NCBI GenBank assembly: GCA_002269645.1
Contig: NIVC01001344.1
Span: forward strand, 124,001 to 188,000
Length of the DNA: 64,000 nt
Direction: 5' to 3'
Source of the DNA: Macrostomum lignano
Lineage: Eukaryota
Shown here: positions 1-10,923 of the stretch, piece by piece
Position numbering within the stretch: the stretch's first letter is position 1
How the letters are laid out: each line of letters begins with the position of its first letter
The notes under the pieces: generated by a model
What the model saw: the letters and a program-made list of their open reading frames with translations, nothing else
The model's database searches: none
Told to the model about the DNA's origin: nothing
Program-made: the position numbers and the translations under genes

Positions 1-35
1 TCCGGAGGTTGAGGGTTCGAGTCCCTCCTGGGGTA
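1..35 (+). tRNA. trnR-UCU: 3' half of tRNA-Arg(TCT), truncated by the window edge
   Basis: Identical to positions 39-73 of the full copies (TCCGG AGGTT GAGGG TTCGAGT CCCTC CTGGGGT A); T7 run about 10 nt downstream. Confidence 0.9.
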
Positions 36-409
36 TTAAGTGCTACTTTTTTACTTATAAATGAAACCATAACTTGTTGCGTGAATAATAGTATATTGTC
101 GTATCATCGCCACCCCAAAGCCGGGTCTCACAGCTTGCATCCAACACAAAACTCCTCGAGAAATTCTACTTTTATTTCAATATGATTTCTGCAGTGCTGC
201 TATGAGTAGCCAATTGCGCACATATTTAGATAATACCAAAGAAAAGTACAGAAAATCTGAAACTCTGATTTACGAATAGTTTTATCGGTCTGTACAATAG
301 CAGAAAATATTTTTGTAAGTTTTGTATTTCGTACATTGAAAAACGGGCTTTGACACGGAAGCGCCAGCAAAAGCAACAGTTGCAAAAGAAACAAGCAAAA
401 TACCCGTAA

Positions 410-925
410 GAAAGAGACAAAAAACAAGCAAAAGACAAAAACAAGCAAAAGACAAAAACAAGCAAAAGACAAAAACAGGCAAAAGACAAAAACAAGCAAA
501 AGACAAAAACAAGCAAAAGACAAAAACAGGCAAAAGACAAAAACAGGCAAAAGACCAAAACAGGCAAAAGACAAAAACAAGCAAAAGACAAAAACAAGCA
601 AAAGACAAAAACAGGCAAAAGACAAAAACAGGCAAAAGACAAAAACAGGCAAAAGACAAAAACAGGCAAAAGACAAAAAACAGGCAGAAGACAAAAACAG
701 GCAAAAGACAAAAACAGGCAAAAGACAAAAACAAGCAAAAGACAAAAACAAGCAAAAGACAAAAACAGGCAAAAGACAAAAACAGGCAAAAGACAAAAAC
801 AAGCAAAAGACAAAAACAGGCAAAAGACAAAAACAGGCAAAAGACAAAAACAAGCAGAAGACAAAAACAGGCAAAAGACAAAAACAGGCAAAAGACAAAA
901 ACAAGCAAAAGACAAAAACAAGCAA
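410..925. repeat. 17-bp minisatellite (CAAAAGACAAAAACARG)n immediately 3' of gene X copy 0
   Basis: Direct reading; reverse complement of the array at 10167-10445. Confidence 0.95.
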
Positions 926-926
926 C

Positions 927-1739
927 TCATGCTCGAGCCCGCCTGCACACCAGGTTGTGCTTCCTGGCGCTGCCGGCCCGAATGAAGACCCTGCCGCAGC
1001 TGCCGCAGCCGAAGGAGCGCCTGACACCGGCTAAGAGCAGCTGCTGGTTCACGTGACTGATCACGTGACGCTGCCGTTCTGACAGCTTCGGCGTCGGCCG
1101 AATCGGCCGCAGCGGCGGCAGCAGCACGGAGCAGTCGGCGCAGAGCTCGCAGTTCCCGTCGACGTCAACGTGGCGAGCGATGTGGCGCTGCAGCCGCGCC
1201 ACGCTGGCCGCCACCGTCCCGGAGCAGCGAGGCAGGCAGCAGGTCAGGGAGCCGCGCTTTGAACCGCAGCTTCGCGGCGTCGGCGATGGCACCGGGAACG
1301 GCATCGGCGTTGACGCTGGCGGAGGCAGCTGGGATGTCGGAGGCATCGGCATTGTCGGAGGCATCGGCATTGTCGGAGACATCGGCATTGTCGGAGGCAT
1401 CGGCATTGTCGGAGACATCGGCATTGTCGGAGACATCGGCATTGTCGGAGACATCGGCGTTGTCGGAGGCATCGAAATTGTCGGAGGCATCGGCGTGGGG
1501 AAGAATCGGGACGTCAACCAGGCCATTTGCGGTGATGAGCTCGATGGCTTCAAGAGGCATTGGGACGTCAGCGAGCAGTTCATTGAGCCCGTCGGCGAGT
1601 ACGTCAGCGAAGACATCTGTGAGGACGACAGCGAGGCCATCTGCGGGGACCTCAGCGAGGCCATCGGCGAGTACGTCAGCGAGGACATTTGCGGGGACCT
1701 CAGCGAGGCCAGCAGCCGTGATGAGCTTGGCGGCTGCAT
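927..1739 (-). CDS. Gene X copy 0: Ser/Pro/Met-rich N-terminus, PPTMPM repeats, three C-terminal zinc-finger-like motifs (270 aa)
   Basis: First ATG after TATA; C-x4-C-x13-H-x3-H, C-x2-C-x21-H-x3-H and FxC-x2-C-x12-H-x3-C (FGCGSCGRVFIRAGSARKHNLVC); inverted paralogue of 9056-10168. Confidence 0.7.
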   Translation of the reverse strand: MQPPSSSRLLASLRSPQMSSLTYSPMASLRSPQMASLSSSQMSSLTYSPTGSMNCSLTSQCLLKPSSSSPQMAWLTSRFFPTPMPPTISMPPTTPMSPTMPMSPTMPMSPTMPMPPTMPMSPTMPMPPTMPMPPTSQLPPPASTPMPFPVPSPTPRSCGSKRGSLTCCLPRCSGTVAASVARLQRHIARHVDVDGNCELCADCSVLLPPLRPIRPTPKLSERQRHVISHVNQQLLLAGVRRSFGCGSCGRVFIRAGSARKHNLVCRRARA

Positions 1740-1824
1740 GACTGATTGTGCAGAGTTATTGACGAGCAGCAGTTGGATGGCAAGCGAATGCTTTGAGAGA
1801 TTTGAGGCCAGCAGCGCAGGCTGG

Positions 1825-1922
1825 TTATATAGTCTTTGTCTCACTGAGCCCCGCCTCATCTCCCGCCAATGGGAAGCTGAGCTCGGATAAGCTGGGCTAT
1901 GATGGTCTCCTGTCATTGGCTG
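1825..1922 (-). promoter_or_regulatory. Pol II core promoter of gene X copy 0 (CCAAT, inverted CCAAT, GC box, TATATAA)
   Basis: Same motifs and 88-bp CCAAT-to-TATA spacing as at 8873-8970. Confidence 0.65.
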
Positions 1923-2235
1923 AGGCGGTCAATCACTCAGATATGTTGAGTTCATGCCATGCTGTCATCTCGACTGCATCAGCTGTTTGTTGTTGGGATG
2001 AAAGCATATGGCTGATTGAGCTGATTCGAGTATTTCATTTATTAATTATCATTGTTGAAAATTGTCGAAATTTTGAATTAAAGGGAGTTTGCTTCTTGCG
2101 TTTGAATTCATCCCATCCCATCCAAATTCCTTCCGGATTTCCTTCAATACTTTTTAGCTTTTATCTCCATGTCTCTCCTCTCCCAAGTTTCCTCTCTCTT
2201 GTCTCAGGTGGAAGAGAGTGCCAGGTTTGGAGAGA

Positions 2236-2995
2236 ATGACAGGGTGGGAGAGTGACAGGGTGGGAGAGTGACAGGGTGGGAGAGTGACAGGGTGGGAGAG
2301 TGACAGGGTGGGAGAGTGACAGGGTGGGAGAGTGACAGGGTGGGAGAGTGACAGGGTGGGAGAGTGACAGGCTGGGAGAGAGACAGGCTGGGAGAGTAAC
2401 AGGCTGGGAGAGTGACAGGCTGGGAGAGTGACAGGCTGGGAGAGTGACAGGCTGGGAGAGTGACAGGCTGGGAGAGTGACAGGCTGGGAGAGTGACAGGC
2501 TGGGAGAGTGACAGGCTGGGAGAGTGACAGGCTGGGAGAGTGACAGGCTGGGAGAGTGACAGGCTGGGAGAGTGACAGGCTGGGAGAGTGACAGGCTGGG
2601 AGAGTGACAGGCTGGGAGAGTGACAGGCTGGGAGAGTGACAGGCTGGGAGAGTGACAGGGGGGAGAGTGACAGGCTGGGAGAGTGACAGGCTGGGAGAGT
2701 GACAGGCTGGGAGAGTGACAGGCTGGGAGAGTGACAGGCTGGGAGAGTGACAGGCTGGGAGAGTGACAGGCTGGGAGAGTGACAGGCTGGGAGAGTGACA
2801 GGCTGGGAGAGTGACAGGCTGGGAGAGTGACAGGCTGGGAGAGTGACAGGCTGGGAGAGTGACAGGCTGGGAGAGTGACAGGCTGGGAGAGTGACAGGCT
2901 GGGAGAGTGACAGGCTTGGAGAGTGACAGGGTGGGAGAGTGACAGGCTGGGAGAATAACAGGGTGGGAGAGTGACAGGCTGGGAGAGTGACAGGG
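2236..2995. repeat. 16-bp minisatellite (TGGGAGAGTGACAGGS)n
   Basis: Direct reading; reverse complement occurs at 48618-49095 and 35350-35440. Confidence 0.95.
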
Positions 2996-3206
2996 CTAGA
3001 GAGAGAGATTGCGTCACAGTCAGTCAGACTGCGCTTCACAGTAGGGCTCCTCAGTGTTGTTTAACAGCTTCTTTATGCTTCCAATCTGACTTTAAGCTGA
3101 GCAGGGTGTTGGTTTGATAGTGATCTGTCTGTGCTCAGCTGAGCTTTGAGCTGGGGCCCATCGGGTACTCATTGAGTATGAGACCAACTCGGCTGCTGGC
3201 CGATTT

Positions 3207-3636
3207 TTCAGCTCAGCTCTCAGCTCAGCTCTCAGCTCAGCTCTCAGCTCAGCTCTCAGCTCAGCTCTCAGCTCAGCTCTCAGCTCAGCTCTCAGCTCAG
3301 CTCTCAGCTCAGCTCTCAGCTCAGCTCTCAGCTCAGCTCTCAGCTCAGCTCTCAGCTCAGCTCTCAGCTCAGCTCTCAGCTCAGCTCTCAGCTCAGCTCT
3401 CAGCTCAGCTCTCAGCTCAGCTCTCAGCTCAGCTCTCAGCTCAGCTCTCAGCTCAGCTCTCAGCTCAGCTCTCAGCTCAGCTCTCAGCTCAGCTCTCAGC
3501 TCAGCTCTCAGCTCAGCTCTCAGCTCAGCTCTCAGCTCAGCTCTCAGCTCAGCTCTCAGCTCAGCTCTCAGCTCAGCTCTCAGCTCAGCTCTCAGCTCAG
3601 CTCTCAGCTCAGCTCTCAGCTCAGCTCTCAGCTCAG
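3207..3636. repeat. Near-perfect 12-bp array (CAGCTCAGCTCT)n
   Basis: Direct reading. Confidence 0.95.
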
Positions 3637-3656
3637 TAAGTGAGTAAGTGAGGAAG

Positions 3657-3889
3657 TGAGTGAGTGAGTGAGTGAGTGTGAGTGAGTGAGTGAGTGAGTG
3701 AGTGAGTGAGTGAGTGAGTGAGTGAGTGAGTGAGTGAGTGAGTGAGTGAGTGAGTGAGTGAGTGAGTGAGTGAGTGAGTGAGTGAGTGAGTGAGTGAGTG
3801 AGTGAGTGAGTGAGTGAGTGAGTGAGTGATTGAGTGAGTGAGTGAGTGAGTGAGTGAGTGAGTGAGTGAGTGAGTGAGTGAGTGAGTGA
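3657..3889. repeat. (GTGA)n microsatellite
   Basis: Direct reading; complement of the (CACT)n that follows E elements elsewhere. Confidence 0.95.
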
Positions 3890-4710
3890 CCCTCTACACT
3901 CTCCACTGAGTTCCCTCCTCTCTCCACTTCCCCTCTACCCTCTAGCATTTCCGCTCTCTACTTTACCTTCTAACCTCTACTTCCACAACTACTTCCACCT
4001 CCGAAATCCGCCCTCCGCCCATCCGCTCATCCGCCAAGAATCCGTCGAACCCTCCTCTCCCCCACGGCCTCAGCTCAGTCTTCTCACCCAATTCGAATCC
4101 CAAACCTCCTCGGGCCTGGCATGGCAACCCGGATCGCTCGAGTCGCTCCAGCAGCCGCAGCCACCTGGGCTGGCCGAAAGGCGACCGCGAATTCCCGCTC
4201 GGAAACCGCTCGGAAACCGCTTGGCAACGGACAGCTGTCTCCGGCTGCAGCCATCGGCCTCTCCAGCCCGCCGCTCTTAGCCTTTGAGTCCGCCTGCAAG
4301 TCGAGCTTTCGAATCGGTTAGAAAATCCCAGAGCCGCCTTAGCAACCGCCGCAGGCGCACCAGATTATCTTGAACTGTTGGATGGACTGATTCTAAAAAT
4401 AGCACAGACTTTGGCCGACCAGCTGGGCAGCGCAGGCCGCCCTCAGCCCCATGCAGACCCGAATGACTCTTGCTGTGCCCCATGAGTTCACTGACCCTGT
4501 GCCAATCAAACTGACGCTTTTATTTGACAGATAAGCACCAAGAACTGCCCATCGGGGGTGTGAATTCTCCCGCTTAGTAGCTCTACTATTAATACATTTG
4601 AGCTCAAGAAGGTATGTGAAGGCGTAAAGCTAGGGCCCTAAGGGGTTGAGGCTTGTTGGCTGAACTCGCTGCTTTCGACGATGTGAAATTTGGTGTCATG
4701 AACCCTAACA
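3890..4710 (-). repeat. E element (E2 type), inverted copy
   Basis: Reverse complement of about 22270-22990, e.g. ATGTGAAATTTGGTGTCATGAACCCTAA at 4681 and the GCATGGCAACCCGGATCGCTCGAGTCGCTCCAGC core. Confidence 0.85.
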
Positions 4711-4782
4711 TTTGGGGAAGGGATGGAAGTTCTTGAAACACTACCAAAATATCTTTAAGCTATTCATCTAAGATTTTCTAGA

Positions 4783-4980
4783 ATGAGGAGCGGAGAGGAG
4801 CGGAGAGGAGCGGAGAGGAGCGGAGAGGAGCGGAGAGGAGCGGAGAGGAGCGGAGAGGAGCGGAGAGGAGCGGAGAGGAGCGGAGAGGAGCGGAGAGGAG
4901 CGGAGAGGAGCGGAGAGGAGCGGAGAGGAGCGGAGAGGAGCGGAGAGGAGCGGAGAGGAGCGGAGAGGAGCGGAGAGGAG
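4783..4980. repeat. 10-bp array (GGAGCGGAGA)n
   Basis: Direct reading. Confidence 0.95.
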
Positions 4981-5500
4981 ATTCCCTTCCCCAGTTCCCT
5001 CAGTTAAATCTCATGCATGCTGGGCTGTTCTGATGGTGAGGCAAATTTTTTCTACATATATTTGCTCGCCCCGCATCTCAGCATGTAGGCTTTAGTTCAG
5101 GGCCATTGTTATACATGCGGGATCTCATCGTCTACCCTCCCCAGTTCCCCTCCCCTGTTCCCCTCCCAGAGTTCCCTCCCCGAGTTCCCTCCCCGAGTTC
5201 CCTCCCCTAGTTCCCCTCCCCCAGTTCCCCAAGTTCCCCTTCATCCGTTTTCCCCTGTTGCATTCCCCTCTTAGTCTATCAACTTTGCCGCAGCAGAAAA
5301 GAGTTGGTTTCCAAGAGAAGAAGTCAAGTGACTGGAGACTTGTCAGGGGCGGCTGGTGACTTCAAGGGCGAACTTTGTTCAGGGACAGATTTTGGGCGTC
5401 AAAAGGGATTAGGGGCAGAGTGTGAGGTTGTCAGAGAGGATTAGGGGCAAATTTTGTGGATGCCAGAAGTAACGAGGGGGCGGTCTTACAAAAATGACTC
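4981..5500 (-). pseudogene. Inverted remnant of the CCCH-gene locus (intron and downstream flank; last coding exon deleted)
   Basis: 4981-5325 matches the reverse complement of about 21150-21600, then jumps to the reverse complement of intron sequence about 20345-20490 (CTGGAGACTTGTCAGGGG). Confidence 0.65.
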
Positions 5501-6260
5501 TGAATGACCTGAACCTCAATCGGAATGACCCGAACCTCAATCTGAATGACCTGAACCTCAATCTGAATGACCTGAACCTCAATCTGAATGACCTGAACCT
5601 CAATCTGAATGACCTAAGCCTGAACCTGAGCCTGCTTCTGAACCTGAACCTGAGCCTGAGTCTGAATGACCCGAACCTCAATCTGAATGACCCGAACCTC
5701 AATCTGAATGACCTGAACCTCAATCTGAATGACCTGAACCTCAATCTGAATGACCTGAACCTCAATCTGAATGACCTGAACCTCAATCTGAATGACCTAA
5801 GCCTGAACCTGAGCCTGCTTCTGAACCTGAACCTGAGCCTGAGTCTGAATGACCCGAACCTCAATCTGAATGACCCGAACCTCAATCTGAATGACCTGAA
5901 CCTCAATCTGAATGACCTGAACCTCAATCTGAATGACCTGAACCTCAATCTGAATGACCTGAACCTCAATCTGAATGACCTGAACCTCAATCTGAATGAC
6001 CTGAACCTCAATCTGAATGACCTGAGCCTGAACCTGAGCCTGCTTCTGAACCTGAACCTGAGCCTGAGTCTGAATGACCCGAACCTCAATCTGAATGACC
6101 TGAACCTCAATCTGAATGACCTGAACCTCAATCTGAATGACCTGAACCTCAATCTGAATGACCTGAACCTCAATCTGAATGACCTGAACCTCAATCTGAA
6201 TGACCTGAACCTCAATCTGAATGACCTGAGCCTGAACCTGAGCCTGCTTCTGAACCTGAA
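5496..6260. repeat. 21-bp minisatellite (GACCTGAACCTCAATCTGAAT)n with a recurring 57-bp variant block
   Basis: Variant block starts at 5611, 5794, 6019 and 6223. Confidence 0.95.
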
Positions 6261-6559
6261 GCTGTAAGTCTTATAACAAGCGCAAAGCGCAGCCAGAGCA
6301 GCTGAAGCAAATTGATATCTGATGGATTTCAAGCAGTCAATTTGAAAATCCGTGCTCCACCCTGCAGCCCAGCTACACTAATTACTCAGCCCTGTAGTTG
6401 TCTATCCGCAATTTCAATTCATTTTTCACAGTTGGATAAACACAACATACGCTGCATGACTTTTAAAAGAATAACAAACAAAAACCAACCCGCAAGCTTA
6501 TTCCATTCAAAAAAATAAAACAAAGTTCTGCTTTCTCTCTCAGAAAGCCTTGGGGCTCA

Positions 6560-6990
6560 GGGCGGCCTGCGCTGCCCAGCTTGTCGGCCGAATCTTAGGC
6601 TTAGTCTGAATTTTACAGCCTGTCGAGTTGGGACTCCACAGGTGCGCCTGCGGCGGTTGCTAAGGCAGCTCTGGGATTTTCGAACTGATTCGAAAGCTCG
6701 ACGGCCTGGAGAGGCCGATGGCTGCAGCCGGAGACAGCTGTCCGTTGCCAAGCGGTTTCCGAGCGGTTTTCGAGCCCGGCCAGCCCAGGTGGCTGCGACT
6801 GCTGGAGCGACTCGAGCGATCCGAGTTGCCATGCCGGGCCCGAGGACGTTTGGGATTCGAGTTGAGTGAGGGGGCTGAGCTGAGGCTCTGGGGGCGAGGA
6901 GGAGTTCAGCTGTTCAGCGGAATCTTCAAGGAATGAGCGGATGGGCAAAGGGGCGGATTTCGGAGGTCAGATGGTGGATGGTGGAGTTAT
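6560..6990 (+). repeat. E element, diverged copy
   Basis: GTGCGCCTGCGGCGGTTGCTAAGGCAGCTCTGGGATTTTCGAAC...CTGGAGCGACTCGAGCGATCC core. Confidence 0.85.
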
Positions 6991-7139
6991 GATCGAGGTA
7001 GAGGGTAGAGGGTAAAGTGGATAGCAGAGAGTAGAGTCTAAGGTGGAGAGGGTAGAGGGTAGAGGGTAAAGTGGATAGCAGAGAGTAGAGTCTAAGGTGG
7101 AGAGGGTAGAGGGAAGAGCGGAAATCGCTTACTCGCTTA

Positions 7140-8092
7140 GTGACTCACGAACTCACTCATGAACTCACTCATGAACTCACTCATGAACTCACTCATGAAC
7201 TCACTCAAGAACTCACCCATGAACTCACTCAAGAACTCACTCATGAACTCACTCATGAACTCACTCATGAACTCACCCATGAACTCACTCATGAACTCAC
7301 TCATGAACTCACTCAAGAACTCACCCATGAACTCACTCAAGAACTCACTCATGAACTCACTCATGAACTCACTCATGAACTCACCCATGAACTCACTCAT
7401 GAACTCACTCATGAACTCACTCATGAACTCACTCATGAACTCACTCATGAACTCACTCATGAACTCACTCATGAACTCACTCATGAACTCACTCATGAAC
7501 TCACTCATGAACTCACTCATGAACTCACTCATGAACTCACTCATGAACTCACTCATGAACTCACTCATGAACTCACTCATGAACTCACTCATGAACTCAC
7601 TCAATGAACTCACTCATGAACTCACTAATGAACTCACTCACGAACTCACTCACGAACTCACTCATGAACTCACTCATGAACTCACTCATGAACTCACTCA
7701 ATGAACTCACTCATGAACTCACTAATGAACTCACTCACGAACTCACTCACGAACTCACTCATGAACTCACTCATGAACTCACTCATGAACTCACTCATGA
7801 ACTCACTCATGAACTCACTCAATGAACTCACTCATGAACTCACTCATGAACTCACTCAATGAACTCACTCATGAACTCACTCATGAACTCACTCATGAAC
7901 TCACTCATGAACTCACTCATGAACTCACTCATGAACTCACTCATGAACTCACTCATGAACTCACTCATGAACTCACTCAATGAACTCACTCATGAACTCA
8001 CTCATGAACTCACTCAATGAACTCACTCATGAACTCACTCATGAACTCACTCATGAACTCACTCATGAACTCACTCATGAACTCACTCATGA
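7140..8092. repeat. 12-bp minisatellite (GAACTCACTCAT)n
   Basis: Direct reading; recurs at 22991, 34260 and 47698. Confidence 0.95.
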
Positions 8093-8187
8093 ATGCACCG
8101 ACTTACTCACTTAACAAAATTTACTGAAAATATTAAGAAGAAATAATTGCTAGTAATAATATATCTGGTGCAAAAATTAACATAAAA

Positions 8188-8260
8188 TACCCCAGGAGGG
8201 ACTCGAACCCTCAACCTCCGGATTAGAAGTCCGACGCGCTATCCATTGCGCCACTGGGGC
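8188..8260 (-). tRNA. trnR-UCU: tRNA-Arg(TCT), intact, intronless
   Basis: 73-nt cloverleaf GCCCCAG TG GCGC AATGGATA GCGC G TCGGA CTTCTAA TCCGG AGGTT GAGGG TTCGAGT CCCTC CTGGGGT A; A and B boxes; T4 immediately downstream. Confidence 0.95.
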
Positions 8261-8519
8261 TGCCTGGTGGCTGAAATTTTAAATCCGAGTTTTATTCTCG
8301 CGCAGAAAATTGGTTTGTAAACAAGCTGGTCTGCTACAAGCCTGCCTGCCTTACCATGGCCTTCCCTCTGCTTATCTCATGGCACTTCTGCACACTGGCA
8401 CTTTCGCCTTCAAGACCTCTGCCCGTGCGTGCTGACTTCTCACTGACTGCTGCGTTCAGTCTCTTTATCTCCAAGACCTCTACTGTTTAGTTTATTTACC
8501 GGTACAACCGGTTGGAGCA

Positions 8520-8722
8520 GGGAAAAGGCTCAGGAGAGCAGGGAGAGGGCTCAGGAGAGCAGGGAGAGGGCTCAGGAGAGCAGGGAGAGGGCTCAGGAGA
8601 GTAGGGAGAGGGCTCAGGAGAGCAGGGAGAGGGCTCAGGAGAGCAGGGAGAGGGCTCAGGAGAGCAGGGAGAGGGCTCAGGAGAGCAGGGAGAGGGCTCA
8701 TGAGAGCAGGGAGAGGGCTCAG
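8520..8722. repeat. 21-bp minisatellite (GGCTCAGGAGAGCAGGGAGAG)n
   Basis: Direct reading. Confidence 0.9.
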
Positions 8723-8872
8723 CAGATGTTGAGATTGTTCAGAGGAGGGTAGAGAGGGTTCAGACTGACTGACTGATTGTGATGCAATCGAAGCAGGGCT
8801 TTAAATTCGAGTGTCAGCTCTGCATCTTGACAGCATGGCATGAACTCAACATATCTGAGTGATTGACCGCCT

Positions 8873-8970
8873 CAGCCAATGACAGGAGGGCATCATAGCC
8901 CAGCTTATCCGAGCTCAGCTTCCCATTGGCGGGAGATGAGGCGGGGCTCAGTGAGACAAAGACTATATAA
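8873..8970 (+). promoter_or_regulatory. Pol II core promoter of gene X copy A
   Basis: CAGCCAATG (8873), CCCATTGG (8921), GAGGCGGGGC GC box (8938), TATATAA (8964-8970); first downstream ATG at 9056. Confidence 0.7.
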
Positions 8971-9055
8971 CCAGCCTGCGCTGCTGGCCTCGAATCTCTC
9001 AAAGCATTCGCTTGCCATCCAACTGCTGCTCGTCAGTAACTCTGCACAATCGGTC

Positions 9056-10168
9056 ATGCAGCCGCCAAGCTCATCACCGCTGCTGGCCTCGCTGAGGTCC
9101 CCGCAGATGTCCTCGCTGTCGTCCTCGCCGATGGCCTCGCTGAGGTCCCCGCAGATGTCCTCGCTGTCGTCCTCGCCGACGGGCTCAATGAACTGCTCGC
9201 TGACGTCCCGATGCCTCTTGAAGCCATCGAGCTCATCACCACTGATGGCCTCGTTGATGTCCGGATTCTTCCCCACGCCGATGTCTCCGACAATGTCAAT
9301 GCCTCCGAAAATGCTGATGCCTCCGACAATGCCAATGCCTCCGAAAATGCCGATGCCTCCGACAATGCCGATGCCTCCGACAATGCTGATGCCTCCGAAA
9401 ATGCTGATGCCTCCGAAAATGCTGATGCCTCCGACAATGCCAATGCCTCCGAAAATGCCGATGCCTCCGACAATGCCGATGCCTCCGACAATGCTGATGC
9501 CTCCGACAATGCCGATGTCTCCGACAATGCCAATGCCTCCGACAATGTCAATGCCTCCGACAATGCTGATGCCTCCGACAATGCCAATGCCTCCGACAAT
9601 GTCAATCCCTCCGACAATGTCAATGCCTCCGACAATGCCGATGTCTCCGACAATGCCGATGCCTCCGACAATGTCGATGCCTCCGACAATGCTGATGCCT
9701 CCGACAATGCCGATGTCTCCGACAATGCCGATGTCTCCGACAATGCAGATGCCTCCGACATCCCAGCTGCCTCCGCCAGCGTCAACGCCGATGCCGTTCC
9801 CGGTGCCATCGCCGACGCCGCGAAGCTGCGGTTCAAAGCGCGGCTCCCTGACCTGCTGGCTGCCTCGTTGCTCCGGGACGGTGGCGGCCAGCGTGGCGTG
9901 GCTGCAGCGCCACATCGCTCGCCACGTTGACGTCGACGGGAACTGCGAGCTCTGCGCCGACTGCTCCGTGCTGCTGCCGCCGCTGCGGCCGATTCGGCCG
10001 ACGCCGAAGCTGTCAGAACGGCAGCGTCACGTGATCAGTCACGTGAACCAGCAGCTGCTCTTAGCCGGTGTCAGGCGCTCCTTCGGCTGCGGCAGCTGCG
10101 GCAGGGTCTTCATTCGGGCCGGCAGCGCCAGGAAGCACAACCTGGTGTGCAGGCGGGCTCGCGCATGA
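9056..10168 (+). CDS. Gene X copy A: C2H2/C2HC-finger protein with an expanded 18-bp (PPTMPM) repeat (370 aa)
   Basis: Continuous ORF from the first post-TATA ATG to FGCGSCGRVFIRAGSARKHNLVC; family not recognised. Confidence 0.7.
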   Translation: MQPPSSSPLLASLRSPQMSSLSSSPMASLRSPQMSSLSSSPTGSMNCSLTSRCLLKPSSSSPLMASLMSGFFPTPMSPTMSMPPKMLMPPTMPMPPKMPMPPTMPMPPTMLMPPKMLMPPKMLMPPTMPMPPKMPMPPTMPMPPTMLMPPTMPMSPTMPMPPTMSMPPTMLMPPTMPMPPTMSIPPTMSMPPTMPMSPTMPMPPTMSMPPTMLMPPTMPMSPTMPMSPTMQMPPTSQLPPPASTPMPFPVPSPTPRSCGSKRGSLTCWLPRCSGTVAASVAWLQRHIARHVDVDGNCELCADCSVLLPPLRPIRPTPKLSERQRHVISHVNQQLLLAGVRRSFGCGSCGRVFIRAGSARKHNLVCRRARA

Positions 10169-10445
10169 GTTGCTTGTTTTTGTCTTTTGCTTGTTTTTGT
10201 CTTTTGCTTGTTGTTCTTTTTTGCCGTTTGCTTGTTTTTGTCTTCTGCCTGTTTTGTCTTTTGCTTGTTTTTGTCTTTTGCTTATTTTTGTCCTTTGTTT
10301 GTTTTTGTCTTTTGCTTGTTTTTGTCTTTTGCTTGTTTTTGTCTTTTGCTTGTTTTTGTCCTTTGTTTGTTTTTGTCTTTTGCTTGTTTTTGTCTTCTGC
10401 TTGTTTTTGTCTTTTGCTTGTTTTTGTCTTTCGCTTGTTTATTTT
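10167..10445. repeat. 17-bp minisatellite (CTTGTTTTTGTCTTTTG)n
   Basis: Starts at the gene X stop codon. Confidence 0.9.
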
Positions 10446-10850
10446 GCAACTGTTGCTTTTGCTGGCGCTTTCGTGTCACAACCCGCTTTTCAATGTACAA
10501 AATACAAAACTGCCAGAAATATTTTCTGCCATTGTACAGACTGATAAACTATTCGTAAATCAGAGTTCCACATTTTCTTTACTTTGCATTCAAATTAGTT
10601 AAAGATGTGCGCAATGAGCTACTTATAGCAGCACTACAGAAATCATATTGAAATGAAATTAGAATTGAATTTATGGAAATTTATTGATAATTGCCCCAGC
10701 AACTCATGCTAATACCTACCTGTTGATTTCTCAGGAAGTTTTGTGTCAGATGCGAGCTGTGAGACTCGGCGTTGGGATGGCGATGGCGCGACAATCTACT
10801 ATTCACAAAACAGTTATGCTTTAATTCACAAGCAAAAAAGTAGCACTCAG

Positions 10851-10923
10851 TACCCCAGGAAGGACTCGAACCCTCAACCTCCGGATTAGAAGTCCGACGC
10901 GCTATCCATTGCGCCACTGGGGC
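10851..10923 (-). tRNA. trnR-UCU: tRNA-Arg(TCT) with C63T variant (G51:U63 wobble)
   Basis: Full cloverleaf; T-stem 3' strand reads CCTTC. Confidence 0.92.

Noticed and set aside
5496-6260. Telomere-like array (CCTGAA resembles a TTCAGG variant)
   Set aside because: The monomer is 21 bp with no run of canonical TTAGGG or TTAGG units, and it is interstitial.
10681-10917. ORF MAQWIARRTSNPEVEG... (also 24654, 35629, 51369)
   Set aside because: It is a reading of the tRNA gene and its flank, not a protein gene.
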